Shown here in pieces: positions 37,517 to 50,760 of a stretch of 64,000 bases of DNA; positions within the stretch are counted from its first letter, which is position 1; every line of letters starts with the position of its first letter. The position numbers and the translations under genes were made by a program. Below the pieces are notes generated by a model. The model did not search any database. It was given only the letters and a program-made list of their open reading frames with translations, and was not told the origin of the DNA. The stretch is from Glaucostegus cemiculus (Eukaryota), in NCBI GenBank assembly GCA_976551045.1, contig CDPCPM010000280.1:3286001-3350000 (forward strand), given 5' to 3'.

Positions 37517-38557
37517 GAGACACAAGTGACTGCAGATGCTGTAGTCTGGAGCAAAAACCAAACTGCTGGAGGAACTCAGTGGATTGAGCAGCATCAGTGG
37601 AACCAAAGGAATAGTAAATGTTTTAGGTCAAGACCCTGCATCAGGACTGAGAGTGTACATGTGAAATAGCCAGTTTAAAGAGGTGAGAAGGAGTGATCAG
37701 ACAGGGGCTGGCAGGCAATAGGTGGAACCAGGTGAGGTGGGGTGAAAGGCAGATGGAACCAATTGGGGGAGAGGATTGGAGACACAGTTAGTATAGTGTA
37801 TGGATGAAAAGCAGAGGGGACCAGGTGGGGAAAGGGAGAACCTGGTGAACTAGAAGGAGGGAGATCGGAGCACAGGCAGTGTGGGTACCTGAATTTGGAA
37901 ACCACAGGGTTGTAGAGTACCAAGGCAGAATATGAAGTGTTGTTTTTCTAGTTTGCGTTTAGTCTCACCCAGGCAGTGAGGAGCCCGAGGACAGACAGGT
38001 CGGTATGGGAATGAGAAGTTGAAATGGCATGCAAACAGGAGCTCAGGACGGCCATTGCAGATGGAGCGCAGGTGTTTCGCAAAACAGATGCCCAGTCTCC
38101 CCAGTCTTGCTGATGTAGAGAAGGCAACACCGAGAGCACCAAATGCAGTAGTCGAGGTTGGAGAAAGTGCTTGTGAACCTATGCCTCACTGGAGGGGTTG
38201 TTCAGGTCCCTGTATGGTGGTGAGGGAGGAGGTGTAGGGACAAGTGTTGCATCTCCTACAGCTACACAGTAAAGTGTCAGGGGACAGGGATGGGTGAGTA
38301 GGTAGGGTATGAGCGAACTAGGGAATCATGGAAAGATGGTGGAAAGCAGGAAGTGGTGAGGAGGGGAAGATATGACTGATGGTGGGATCCTGTTTTAGCT
38401 GGCAGAAATGATGAAGGATGATGTGCTGGATGTGGAAGCTGGTAGGATGTAAGGTGAGGACCAAGAGAACTCTGTTCTATCTGGAGGGAGGGGGAGTGAG
38501 AGCAGAAGTCTGGGAAATGGCAGAAATGTGATTAAGGGCTCCATCAACCACAGCAGA
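37517..38557 (-). mobile_element. Penelope-like element, 5'-truncated: thumb/linker, GIY-YIG pseudogene and 3' tail with hammerhead
   Basis: Minus strand SAVVDGALNHISAISQTSALTPPPSR*NRVLLVLTLHPTSFHIQHIILHHFCQLKQDPTISHIFPS...FTSTFSNLDYCIWCSRCCLLYISKT...FAKHLRS...HSHTDLSVLGL...FIFCLGTLQP. Colinear with 19750-20870. Confidence 0.9.
37613..37649 (-). ncRNA. Decayed minimal type I hammerhead ribozyme (variant core)
   Basis: cagtc-CTGATGC-A-GGGTC-tt-GACCT-AAAAC-ATT-tacta. Stem II is intact. AAAAC/AT derive from GAAAC/GT by CpG-type transitions. Confidence 0.68.
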
Positions 38558-40769
38558 AGACTGCACCCAGAGCATTGTGTACAGAGAAATAAGTGTGGGA
38601 ATGGAATTTAAGGGGCTGCTCTGAGAGCCAGCATAGTCTTTATGGTGAGAAGAGTCTACATTATAATAAGTTATGTGAAATATCATAGGCAACAGACAGA
38701 TACACACATAGTGTAGACACACATCCATACAGGCACACATATCTCCCTGCTGGAGGGGCTGAAATTACCTGCAAGAGTGATACAGTGTCCAGAATTCTGT
38801 CAGTTTGGAATGTAATTATAGCAAATTAGGCAGTAGTCTGAAAAAAAGAGGTCAAAGAATTGGCAGGGTCGAGTTGGGTCATTAACAAGCATGTTGATCT
38901 CAGCAGGCACAGGCTTCATTGTTTACCTAATGCTGGACAATGTCCTCCCCGTAGGACGGAATGTTAGGTGATTTTTTTTTAAATGGAGACCTTTTAGTGA
39001 TACTCATTGTTTTGCACAGTTAAGAGAGGGGAGGGCAATTACTTGTTGATGCACCTAAATGAGTGTGAGTGCCTCCACCATGTAAGATTCTTCTTAACTC
39101 AAATGCTGTCAGATTTCTGTGTAGCTTACCTCTCTTACATGCTTCTGGAAAACTAGGTACCACTTTCTTTTCTTGAGATATTGGTGGTTTGGAAGGTTGG
39201 GAGGTAGTGTCCATGCACCATAATGAGACTCAAATTGCATTCGATGGCATTCAAATTGAATTCCTACATCTGATGCACAATCGGAGGTTCTTGCTGGAAA
39301 ATGTATGTGTTGATGTAGATAAAGATATTATTAACTCTGGCAGCAGTGCTACTATTCCTCGATTTCTCCATTCCATGGCCCAATAAATTGCTGACATTCA
39401 CTTCCCAAACAATATCCACTTAGATGAGATATCAGATCGCTGTCATCACACATGCAGTTGAACCACAGCAATGAAAAGAGAGGGAAGACAAAGAGAGAAA
39501 ACCTTGAACAATATCTTGTCCTGTCAATCAGTTCAATGTAATAGTTTGAAATAGTCTAATCTATTTATTCCTGGTATTAGCCTATGAAACAAGATGCCCT
39601 GAAAGTCTTTAATTGCTGCACAATTTTTCTCTTGCATTTTTCCATTAATGATATTGGAAAAAAGCATACAATTTTTTCAAAAGTTCAAATGTGATGTAAA
39701 GTCTGACTGGAATCCCATTTCACTAAATGTCATTGGGAAAAAGACTCTGCCAGCCAAATTCCACAGACTACACTTAAGAACTATGAAAAATCAAGCAGTA
39801 AATGCTCCAGCCATGGAAAGATCCAGTCCAGCATCCTGAAAAAGTAGTTGTATGACATTTATGTTTATGAATCACCAAGGCCCAAGGCCCATTGAGAAGG
39901 ACATCATCCAGGATGATTTTGTAGGCCAAGAAACTGTGAGAAGGGGACATTCTTTGATTGTGGGAAAAGGGGAAAATAAAGGAGGCTAAGGAGCATTCAT
40001 TGTGCTACCTCCTATCTAATATCATTGTTAAGTAGAATTTGATGACTGTGAAACTCATTCTCTTTAACACTCCTTCATTCCTACAGATATTAAAATGTAA
40101 ATTTGATGACAACTAAGTACTGCTTCTTTATTTATCTGGTCTTCTCTGCCACATTTTATTTATTAATCTTGATGGTTAACAGTGTGCACATTATGGGTTT
40201 CACCCCCTCATTGTGACCTGAACACAATGAGTGGGGAGGAAGTAAAGTGTATCAGAACTTTCAAACATGTTATACATTGCCCCATTGAAAATAATCTGGA
40301 TTTCAGAAATCTTCTGTGCTCAATTTCAGGAAAATTATTTTTTATCAGCTATTTAGTGGTTGGTAGAAGTTGAGTATATTTCTGCCTTCAGTTGGACTTC
40401 AAAAAAGGCTCACCAGAATAAAATTTCTTTTTCAATGTCCTTTTGGCATCCCATTATGTTTTTCACAATCTTTGTAAGTAATTTTTAGAAGATGATAGCC
40501 ACGGTTGCAAAGACAATAGAATTGCTCCATTTATCCCAATTACACAATGTTTTGAGGTTTGAAAGAATCATAATTTTCCTGTGGACTTCGGTACTTTTCT
40601 AATTAATTCAGAAACCTTCTGTGCAATAATGTTTGGAAAAGAGAGATTTTGATTGATCATAAACCAAAAGGAATTGATGAATTTTCAGCATCAATGTGAG
40701 GTATATTTGTATTGTTGAATAAAAATCTTTATAAAATAGAATTCGCTTCCATGGAATATACAGCATGAG

Positions 40770-40897
40770 TCAGGTACAACACAGATTAGATACCCTCTAA
40801 AGAGTTAAGTACCCTCTATACTTTCTTGTTAAATACTCCCAGGTTTGGTGCAGGATGAGTTAGATATAAAGATCCTTGTACATTGTCCAATCAAACT
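40770..40897 (+). repeat. Two degenerate units of an about 70-bp tandem repeat
   Basis: caggtacaacacagattagatac...ccctctatactttc...aaatactcccagg followed by ggtgcaggatgagttagatata...ccttgtacattgtccaatcaaact. Resembles a common shark minisatellite-like unit (recalled, not searched). Confidence 0.45.
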
Positions 40898-41994
40898 ATA
40901 GTTTGGGATTAGGACAAGAAGCTCAATTCTTCTAATATAAATAGAGGATTATGACATTCAGGGTCAGTTAGATACTCCAAATGGAGTTCCGCCAAGTTTT
41001 TAGTATTAATTTTTCCTTTTCTGCACTACTAAAATAAGTTTCTTTGTAATTTTCTGCGAGCTTCTTTGTCTACTTGGCCCCAATACCTGCAGCTCAGGAG
41101 CACTGCCATTTCCCTAGCCAGTAGCAGTTCCCCTTAGTTACCATAAGTCACTGAAGGCCTATTACATTTGAGCTTCCCTTCTAATTATCTCATTCTAAAT
41201 TATTCCCAACCTCTGCATCATTTTTTCGGCCACTCCCAATCACTCACTGAAAGATGCAGGAAAATCTGCACTGTACATCCCCATTGGATTAAAAGACAAG
41301 TGTCACACAGAAGTGCAAATTGGTAAAATACCTTTTGCATTCCCACTTTATTTTATTTATTTTAACTCATTCCTCCTCAGCACAATAAAATTGGAAGGCT
41401 TCATGGCTCTCAGTTCCTTTGTCTGGCAATCTATAGCGTCACCCTATGATTTCTCCAGTTCCTGCTCAATTCAGCTTTGGAAAGGAATCCCAGCCCTCAG
41501 CTGAGTTTCAACTAAGTCAACTAAAGAGTGTGAAGCGGTACCCACCCAAAAGCCAGGTAAGTCAAAGTAATTGCTAAAAGACAATATTTACATAACTCTA
41601 AAATGGCATACTATCAGAATATTTGCCTTACCTTTACTTCATGAGAACAAAGTTCTTAGGCTGTTCTAACAGAGAATGAACTCCAACCTAAAATAATACC
41701 TATGTATATACGTATTATGGATGGTGACACTACACTCCAGAATGTGCTAACTGATTAAACTGTAATTTTTATCACTTCTAATGATGCAGAATTCAAGTAA
41801 AGGACAGAGTCATTCAGTGAGAGCAAAGTCTTGTATTGTTGCTATGCAAGTAATTGTTTGCTCAGACATCAGAACATTTAATCTTCAGATAGCTTAGCTA
41901 CTGAAATCTTGCTGACTGAGCCATCATAATCAGTAAAAAATTATTTTGATGTTCTTAAAAAGCCTAAAAGTTTGATTTAGCCATGGATGTGTAT

Positions 41995-42510
41995 ATTTAA
42001 GGTCCACTTTGAAGTCTTGAGATATAAACTAAGCTGACTATCCAGCACTGAGGTGAAGTAGTGTTACAAATGGGGAGGTGCTATTTTTCAGATGAGACAT
42101 TATTCTAAATTCTGCCTTCTCAGGTATCTGTGAAGAATCCCATAGCATAATTTGAGGAGAGTTTTCTTGGCCAACGTTCTCCCCTCAAACAGTATTATCT
42201 TAAAAATTGTCTCATCAATGACATCCGTGAGGTGTTTCAGCTCCTGACGACTAACTTTGACATAAAAAATTATTTACATCATTTCTACCAATTCTCATTT
42301 GAAGTTACAGCAAGTGACCTGGGAACATCTACAGAAATGTATCTGGGATTGTCTGATAACAAGCGCAAAGCAACTTTTGGTTTTTGCTTTGCACAAATTG
42401 GTTGCCATCTTCCTGATATTACAAAAGTGCTACTCTTCAAAAGTAATCCATCAGCAGTAATGCACCTTGGAGCAGTCTGAAGTCATAAAATATGCTGTAA
42501 ATGTATGTCC
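41995..42510 (+). mobile_element. Deu-domain SINE
   Basis: ggaggtgctatttttcagatgagacatt...gaagaatcccatagca...cttggccaacgttctcccctcaa...gcacaaattggttgccatcttcctgatattacaa...ttcaaaagta. Confidence 0.72.
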
Positions 42511-42909
42511 CCCCTTTCTTAAAATATGAAGTAGCAGATACTTGCTACTGACCATATGGTTTTGACCCACTGGTGTCCTTCTGTACAAATTCTACGTTCA
42601 AAGCCCGTCTTTTGAAAACAGAATTAATGAACATAAAAATAGAAAACTCTAGAAATGTTGCAAGCTTCCTCGGTGACCAACAGGAAAAGAAAGAGTAATG
42701 TTCCAGTTCTCTTTTAGTTGCTGAAAGAACGACTGTGCATTTCAAGCTTTTGCTGCAGATTCCTAGTGGGCTAAAACTGTATATTTAAAGAATTAATTTA
42801 TTTTAGTTTCAAGGGTGCAAACATGCGAAAAGGATAACTTTGAAAAGCAAAGTTATTGGTCAACTTACATGGGAGTGGCTGGGGCAGCATCTCATAAAGG
42901 CAAAATGGT

Positions 42910-43071
42910 NNNNNNNNNNNNNNNNNNNNNNNNNNNNNNNNNNNNNNNNNNNNNNNNNNNNNNNNNNNNNNNNNNNNNNNNNNNNNNNNNNNNNNNNNNN
43001 NNNNNNNNNNNNNNNNNNNNNNNNNNNNNNNNNNNNNNNNNNNNNNNNNNNNNNNNNNNNNNNNNNNNNNN
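42910..43071. other. Assembly gap (162 N)
   Basis: Run of N read directly. Confidence 1.
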
Positions 43072-44699
43072 ATTCCATTATTTTGTCTGCCTTTGCTGAG
43101 GTGAAATCACAGTCTGTAAGCAGGATAAGAGGATTATTTGATTGCTACTTCCCCACACAACATGTACATTCCCATAGGAATGCCAGTCTGATGGAATTTA
43201 CAGCTATGGTCAACTCTAAGATGTGACTGGTAGGAATTTTTAAGTTATTAAAACATCAATGCACAGAATTATGCCATTTTAATAATTTTAAAGTCATATC
43301 ATGCCAAATTTTAACTTTCCTGTAACATTTCATCAACAAAATACTATTTTTTAATTAGTAGAAATCAATCATATTGTAATCTTTTTCTTATTTTTAGGAC
43401 TCACTTTTTTTCACAGCAAACTTTGTTCTCCTCCAGTGTCAACATTATCATATCTTAAGATGCAGCCATTCATTTTGACCACATGTGTTTTTCATTTCCT
43501 TAACCATATATTTTTTCCCTCTTCTGTGTCTGTATTAGCCTGCTTCAATTACTATCTCAGCACAGTTCAGGAAGACTGCCTCTGAGACAGAAATGGATCA
43601 GTAACTGTGAATCTGGTGTGCTAACAGGAGTCCTGTTACATGTTTACAGAATGGTGACTCCTTTGCTTTTCACAGGGTCTTGTAATTACCCTTCTAATAC
43701 AATATATCTTCACTTGTAGATGTTATTTAGAGGTTCAGTGAGGGTGGTACTGGTGGGGGTTGTTGGAAAATGTGCATTTACATTGCTGATGTTTTACTGA
43801 GTGATTTATTTTATTGGATTATCCCCCTTAAATTGATCTACTGCAAGCGAGACATACGGTGGGGGAGCATTTCTGCTATTTATATAGGAATGATAGGCTC
43901 ATTGGGACCAATAAGTCAGCAATTAGCAATCAGTAGGACAACTTTCTAATCTACCATCTTTCATAATAAAGCATGACTTTCTTTTAAAAATATAAATAAT
44001 ATTTGGCACAGTGGTACAGGATAGTGAGTGAAGTGAAAAACAAGTGGCCTTACTAGTAGTATACAATAATGTTGCCATACACTAACTTAGCCATACAACA
44101 TTCAAATAACTGAAACAAAACCCTAAACTTTCCAGGCACAATTTAGCAACTTGATTCAATCATTTTTTCTGTTATTGGGTATAAAAAATACATCCTTAAT
44201 GTAATAATAATCAATGATGTCATTTTGATACATTTTTAAATGTCCTTCACTGAAAATCAGCAATAATTCTCACTTCCTATTTCAGTAGCCAAACCCACTA
44301 TCAACTTCTATTAGTCTAAACTACCAATTGACATTAACCTGGATCATGAATGTTATGCTCATTGATAATATTATTGATGATCCACATTTTATAAAGGAAC
44401 AAATCTGTTGCATTACAGCTAACAACAACAACAAAAAAAGTCCTTAATGGTCCATTACTTCAGTTTGACACATCAGTAGCACTTTTATGTCTCGGACAGT
44501 AAGTTCCAAACTACTTCAGTGCAAGATAGTTACACTAGGTCAATGCTTCACCAGGATACCACAGGAAATTTGTCCCTAACTTAATCATGGTGAATAGGAT
44601 CTTGGCATATCTCTTTCAGAAAAATTACAAATATTACACAAACCATAGAATATTTTGAAGAGTGCTGAGTAAGAAAACAAAAGTGGCATATACATTGCA

Positions 44700-44985
44700 C
44701 ATATAATCCACAAACAACAGTGGGAAGCACAGTATGTAATCTGTATTTGATAGAGATGGTTATGGATAGTCTGGCCAGGGCATCAGAGAACAGCCTTCAC
44801 ATCTTTGAATATATAAGGTGCTTAATATCTACCTGAACCATTGAAGTAACTATGGAATCTGAGGCTAAATGTCTCATTCCTTTACAGTACTGCACTGAAG
44901 TGCCATCCTGGGTTATGCAGTTGACTCTCTGGAATAGAATTTAAACCGACAAATTTCGTACTTAGATGTGCAAATGGTAGCACTG
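44700..44985 (-). mobile_element. Deu-domain SINE fragment
   Basis: ccacaaacaacag...tggccagggcatcagagaac...acagtactgcactgaagtgccatcctgg in reverse orientation. Confidence 0.6.
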
Positions 44986-45587
44986 AGATTGTAACAATGT
45001 GATAAACATCATTGTAATAACATTAGCTGAGCTCCATTGGCATTGCTTAGAAAAGATTTTCAATCTGATTTTAAAGTTGAGTTGCTAACCTGGCCTGTCC
45101 CTTTAAGGAAACTGCTCAAGTTCTCCCTGTGGGAATTCAGGTAATTGTGGCTGTTTCTAAATTCCTATGGTCAATTAGAGGTCAGCAAATTGCTTGCAAA
45201 TTTTAGGCTGCAGGATAAAATACATCGGATTTCTCTTTTCTTAAATTGTATTCCATCTACAACAATGTGTGATGTCTGGGGTGTGACATGGTAGGGCTAC
45301 CAATGTACACTGGTATAAATCTAGTTTTTGTTTTCTTTTTATAAGCAAGAGCTCAATTAGAATTTAATTATTATTTTGGTACGGGGACTTTATAGATGGC
45401 AATGTTCTTACAAATTTCAGTTTGCAGCCAGAAGCAATTGGTATGTCAAAATTATTTTGTGTGTGGTATCTGGAGTGTAACATTACCATGTTTATAATGC
45501 AACCTATGATTTCTATTGTGTATACATTGATAATCTGGCACGCTAGCGACTTTGGAGGTAATGGATTAGCAAATTTTCCAGACTATT

Positions 45588-45800
45588 TGAACATAGAACA
45601 TGGAACAATATAGCACAGTAACAGGCCCTTCAGCCCATTATGTTGTGCTGACCTAATTAATCTGATCCTTTCTGCCTGCACATGGTCCATATCTCTCCAT
45701 TCGCTGCATATTCATGTGTCATCCACATTTTCATCCATGTCATTTATATATATCACAAACAGCAAAGGTCCTAATACGGAGTCCTACAGAACACCACAAT
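45588..45800 (-). mobile_element. CR1 3' tail joined directly to an RT-core piece
   Basis: gaacatagaaca...acaggcccttcagccca (tail), then minus strand GVL*DSVLGPLLFVIYINDM at about 45735-45798. Confidence 0.8.
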
Positions 45801-46990
45801 GTTATTCAATCTTAATACTGCAATAAGTTTTTTAATTCACTTATTTACATGGTATTATAGTAAATTATAGGAAATGGGTGGGTGGTTAATTGAAGGGGAG
45901 CTGGGAACCAGCAAGTGGAATGGGATTGTGGGAACCATGACCTAATGAGTGGAAGGGAGCATGGGAACTGTAAACCCAACTTGTCAAAAGGGAGTGCAGC
46001 AAATGTTATCTGGAGATTCAGATGTTGAACTATTGGGATTTCTGAACAGTTGCATAGCACTTATGGATGGATGATGGTTCAATTCATATCTACACTACCT
46101 TTTTAGATATAATTGACCTCAGTACTTTAGACCAAAGTTTCCATCAGCGAGCAGCTTCCAGACACAATTTCATGAAACTTCAAAAATGTAATATATTTAA
46201 TTGAATGTAGGGCAATGGAAATAATTAAGTTTCTAATTTGCACTTCTTTAACCAGATGTGTTGAAGCACCAGTTTTTCTCTGAAATGAGATAAACTGCAA
46301 CTTTAAATGCAGTCAAAAGAAAATGCAAAAGTTAAGAATACAGACAGTGAAGGGATATTGCTGTGAAGAATGTCAACTAATTTTCATGCTGTTCAATTTT
46401 TAGGAAGCCTGTTTCCTCTTTTTCTGTAGCCATTGGTTTGACACATGTTCCTGTTTGTGGAAGTAAGGAGGATCAGGCTAAATTGTTGTGTCAGTATCAT
46501 CCTCTGATCAAGAAATGAGGAACTCCTGCATTTGCACATAATGACAAGACATAACCATTTGGTGTCTAACTGTAAAATAAAACTCAAGCATTATTTTCTG
46601 GCCAGCTATTATTAATTTTGGAAAATGTTTGAGTGAGATATGGTGACTATGTAAGAAAATTTTGAGCTGTAAACACTGGAAGCTTAAAAGGTTTGCCTCT
46701 TGTGAGTTAAACAAAGATGTAAAAACAAAGTTCATTGCAACTCATGTAGAACATCTGAATTACAGTTATTGTTGAAATGTGAAAGACACAGTCACCAAAT
46801 TGCTCACAGCAAATTCCCATGAACAACACTGAAATAATGACTATAAATCAGGATATTGGTTAAGGGTAAATATTGTCTAGACTATACTGCTCTTCTTTGA
46901 GAAGCACAATGGGACATTTTTATGCCCACTTAAGTGGGCAAAGGAAACCTTCATATATCACTTCAGCCTCTTTCCCTCTGCAGTGATTAT

Positions 46991-47212
46991 GTCAAAGTCA
47001 AAGCTGAGGTCAAAGTCAAAGTCAAAGTTGAGTTTATTGTCATATGCACAAGTACATGTGTGCACAGGTGCAATGAAAAACCTTCTCGCAGCAGCATCAC
47101 AAGCACATAGCATCATATAAGCAGCATCATACAAGAAAAACATAAATAAACATAAATCATACACAATTTTTCCAAGCAAGAACACAACTAGAATAAAAAA
47201 AGTCCATTTTAG
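46991..47212 (-). mobile_element. Non-LTR retroelement 3' end with (TTTGAC)n tail
   Basis: Minus strand ends gcatatgacaataaactcaactttgactttgactttgacc...tttgactttgac. Low apparent decay. Confidence 0.7.
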
Positions 47213-50200
47213 TTCATTTGAAAATTTAGTCCATTTGAACTCCAACCTCTAGTGTAGGACTTGAATCCACAAACATCTGCTTCAAAATATTGGATATTTA
47301 ATGTCATTTTGCTTGGAAGAAACCACCAGAACTGTCGGTGCTGTATCAGCCCAGTATCATGCAGTGGAGACCAGACTCCAGCCATTCTATAACCAGTGCA
47401 TATTTGGAATGGTTTGAGATGAATTCCAGGGTGAAGGCATAACTTAACACCCAGCCTGGTGTGACTATGGCTATGCTTCACCCGCCTCATCACCATTATA
47501 TGACTAGATTCATTAGATCAGTATGCAGCAAAATAGAAAAGGGAAAAATTGCAAAAAGATGAAAAATGATGGAACAATGCAGTCTCTTGGAAGGGAAAAC
47601 ACTTGATAATAATGTGTTAGCTGGTTATTCTTGTTAAAATTTGTTCCAACACCAACAGATCTCTCTGCACTTTTTTTTGATTAATGATATAACTAAGCAT
47701 GAAGTACCAGAGCTAAGAACAGGCCTTCTGAAAACATGTCCCTTACATATCCACACTTCTCCTCTCCCCACCATCATCACCACTTCCTCAAAACCAGGCT
47801 CACAAATGGGATGATCTGGCAAATGGGAAACCAAAGTAAAACATCTTTGATAGAACGTTTGACAACTTCAGGAACTAAATGTCTCTCGGTTTTTGTGGGA
47901 TGGTCACACTCATTTCAGGGTGAAATGCAACAGGTGTTTTAAAGAAATGTGCACACATATGATGCAGTATGACACACATCACCCTTGTAAAAATTCAGCC
48001 CTTTACAAAACCATACTATCATGAATCTCAGCAGCTCTAAATTCAAAGAAAAATCTGGGACCTGTATGTGCCTTACTTCAGGAATGCCTGACTTGCCAAC
48101 CCTGTCATCCACTAACTAATTTCCTTGAAGGCACTGATTACAAAATGAGCTGTCACATTGCTGACTAGGAACATGAATTTCCATGGCAACAGATTTGCAG
48201 AACATGAGCTGCCAGTTTCACTTGGTGCAGTTGTTTAACTAAATTATCTTTTTTTTAAAGAAATTTAATTGCAAGATGTGGCTGATGTGTTGTTCCTGTA
48301 GCACGTGGCTAATCACAGCAGCAATGCTGACAAGACTGCTGACACAGACTGCACCAGGGACAGTTTCATATTTGACAACATGGCAGGATTGATACCTGCA
48401 ACACTCTTCCTTGTTTAGCTTCAGAGTGGGGGTGGACTGGACTCTATTTTTTTTTAATACAAATCTGTAAAAACCTGAAAATGCAGATTCAGTTCCCACA
48501 CTGACATAACTAAAACCAGTTGCCATTCTGGCAAGATATTGGATTGTCATTTGCCATGCCACTGGATAGTGTTGTCTGGCTTAATGGCATTGTAAGGTAG
48601 GATTAGTGAATCATTGCCATCATCACTTTCCAATGTGTTCAGCTGAGAAAGCCATTGACTCTTTGGAGTCAGACTAAATGGGGGCTAGTAGCTCCCCTGC
48701 TCCATTTCCAAATAACCATTCTACATGAAAATCTAAGCAGTAAGTATGAAGAGCATGTTTAATAGTGGAATCAGTACAATGGCAGAGGCCAGTGGAGATC
48801 ATTCAGATATGGAGTGTATTCAATGATGATCCTATTTCATTGATGGAATTTGTTTGAGCAACATCTGCATTATTGCCATGCCTAATGTTGGGGATTACAT
48901 CTTTTCCAAACAGAATCTTAAGTGCAGGAAAACTGACTGAACTTCCTCTTCCTAGCTCGGGAAAATTCCAATCGACCATATTCCAATTTTATTTTAGAAC
49001 TTCTGTTTCATGTTTCTTGTTTATGCATTCAGGCAATGGAAGGAAGGGTAAAGTTGTAAAACATAAGGTATTAAGATATGAATCATATTGCATCATGCTG
49101 TTGTTTATACTTGACTCAATTTCAATGCAAAATGAAATGTGATCAAAAATCAGAGAATGTATTCAAGCTGTACAAAGTTCATATGGACACCTCTATGATT
49201 TTCAATGGCATAAGTATGGTCTGGGCCAAACTATCCATCTCTGCCATGCACTTATTGCCCCATTGGTGGCAGATGTTCTGCAGGTCCCCCATTGGACATC
49301 AGCCATAGCAGAGACCACAGAACTGAAGCAGAATCAAGTCATCCTCAACCCTGAGAGACTGCCTATGAAGAAGGTACCCAAAGGATTTGGGATAGTTGAT
49401 TTTCTGTAGATTACACGTGAAAATGACCTGCTCTGCCTTGGTGTTCAAGGTGCTGTTTCAGTCCTGTGGCACTATTAAATGCCAGTGAGTTCTCCTGCAG
49501 TCTTGCCCAATATTAGTCCCTGGGCCAAACACAAAAATAGATTAACTGGCCATACATTTCATTTCTGTTTGTTGTGTCAGAAAGGCTGCTGCATTTGTCT
49601 TTGATAGATTTAAGACATAGATAGATTTAAGACATAATGTGAAATGATGGAGCTAATTCAATATGATATGATCAGAAGCATTAATATTTTAAATTCCTTT
49701 ATAATAAAATTTTATATTTGCCCAAATTTTCTGTACATCATACTTTAGGGATATTATTTTTATTCTCACTATATAGATGGCCATTTGACCTTAAATTATC
49801 CGTAAGTCAACACCACAGGGGATTTACAAGTATTTGACAAATGAATTATATGAAAAAAGATATGACAATTGGGAATATGTAAGCTTTGAGTATTGTGGCA
49901 GCCTTTATGAAATACAGCAAAACAAGTACAAACAAATGGATCTTTTCTATCAAGCACTTTCTCAATTTGCAGATCAATGTTGTTTTAAAGCTGGAAAAAA
50001 TCCTCTCCACTTTCTTCATATCCTGGCAGCCTCTACTTTATTCCTATGGATGCCATACCCTTTAAGGCCACTGTCTCATCTGTTTTTATGACTTCCAATG
50101 AGAACACTGAACAACAGTCAACAAAGAGGATGTCAAGGCCTTGGTGCCCAAAAGGCAGTGTGTTTAATGATTATAAACACGGTGGCGGCAGATTGACTCC

Positions 50201-50591
50201 ACAATGACTTGTGGCTGTAAACAATCTTCAGCCAGTTATAATAATGACTTATTGATATAAAACAATGTTTATTACAAACAGTCAAAGTGCTGTCTGCCGT
50301 CTTTATGAAAACTAAGCATGTCCTCAAGAAGAGACAAGAATCATGGGTCTTCGGTGTTGTCTTTTGTTGCTCTGGCACTATTACAGACATATAGCAGAGT
50401 GCCTCCAATGGTTCAGATGCACAGTCACCAGCCACTGTTGAAGCCACACAGAGTTGCAAAGTTCTTTTGTGAAATATCCCTGGGACAGAGTCATTAGCAA
50501 GCTCAGCAACTTTTTGGCCATCTCTCTTTGCCCTTGAGCTACCTTTCTGATCTGCTGCAATCTGTGTGAAGAAATTAAATTCCCAGTGCTC

Positions 50592-50760
50592 CAAAATCAA
50601 AATACTGCATATTGCTGTAAATCTGAAATAAAAACAGAAAATGCTGGAAAAATTTAGCAGGTCAGATAGCAATTAAGGAAAGAGAAACAGTTGACGTTTC
50701 AAATCATTGTCCTGAATGTTTCTTTTGCCACAGATATTTCCAGCATTTTCTGTTTTTACT
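50592..50760. mobile_element. PLE-derived inverted-repeat element (tail type B), hammerhead centre largely deleted
   Basis: Perfect 22-bp inverted repeat 50629-50650 / 50737-50758. gttgacgtttc is retained on the left arm. Confidence 0.75.

Noticed and set aside
42815-43226. ORFs spanning the N run
   Set aside because: Artefacts of translating through the assembly gap.
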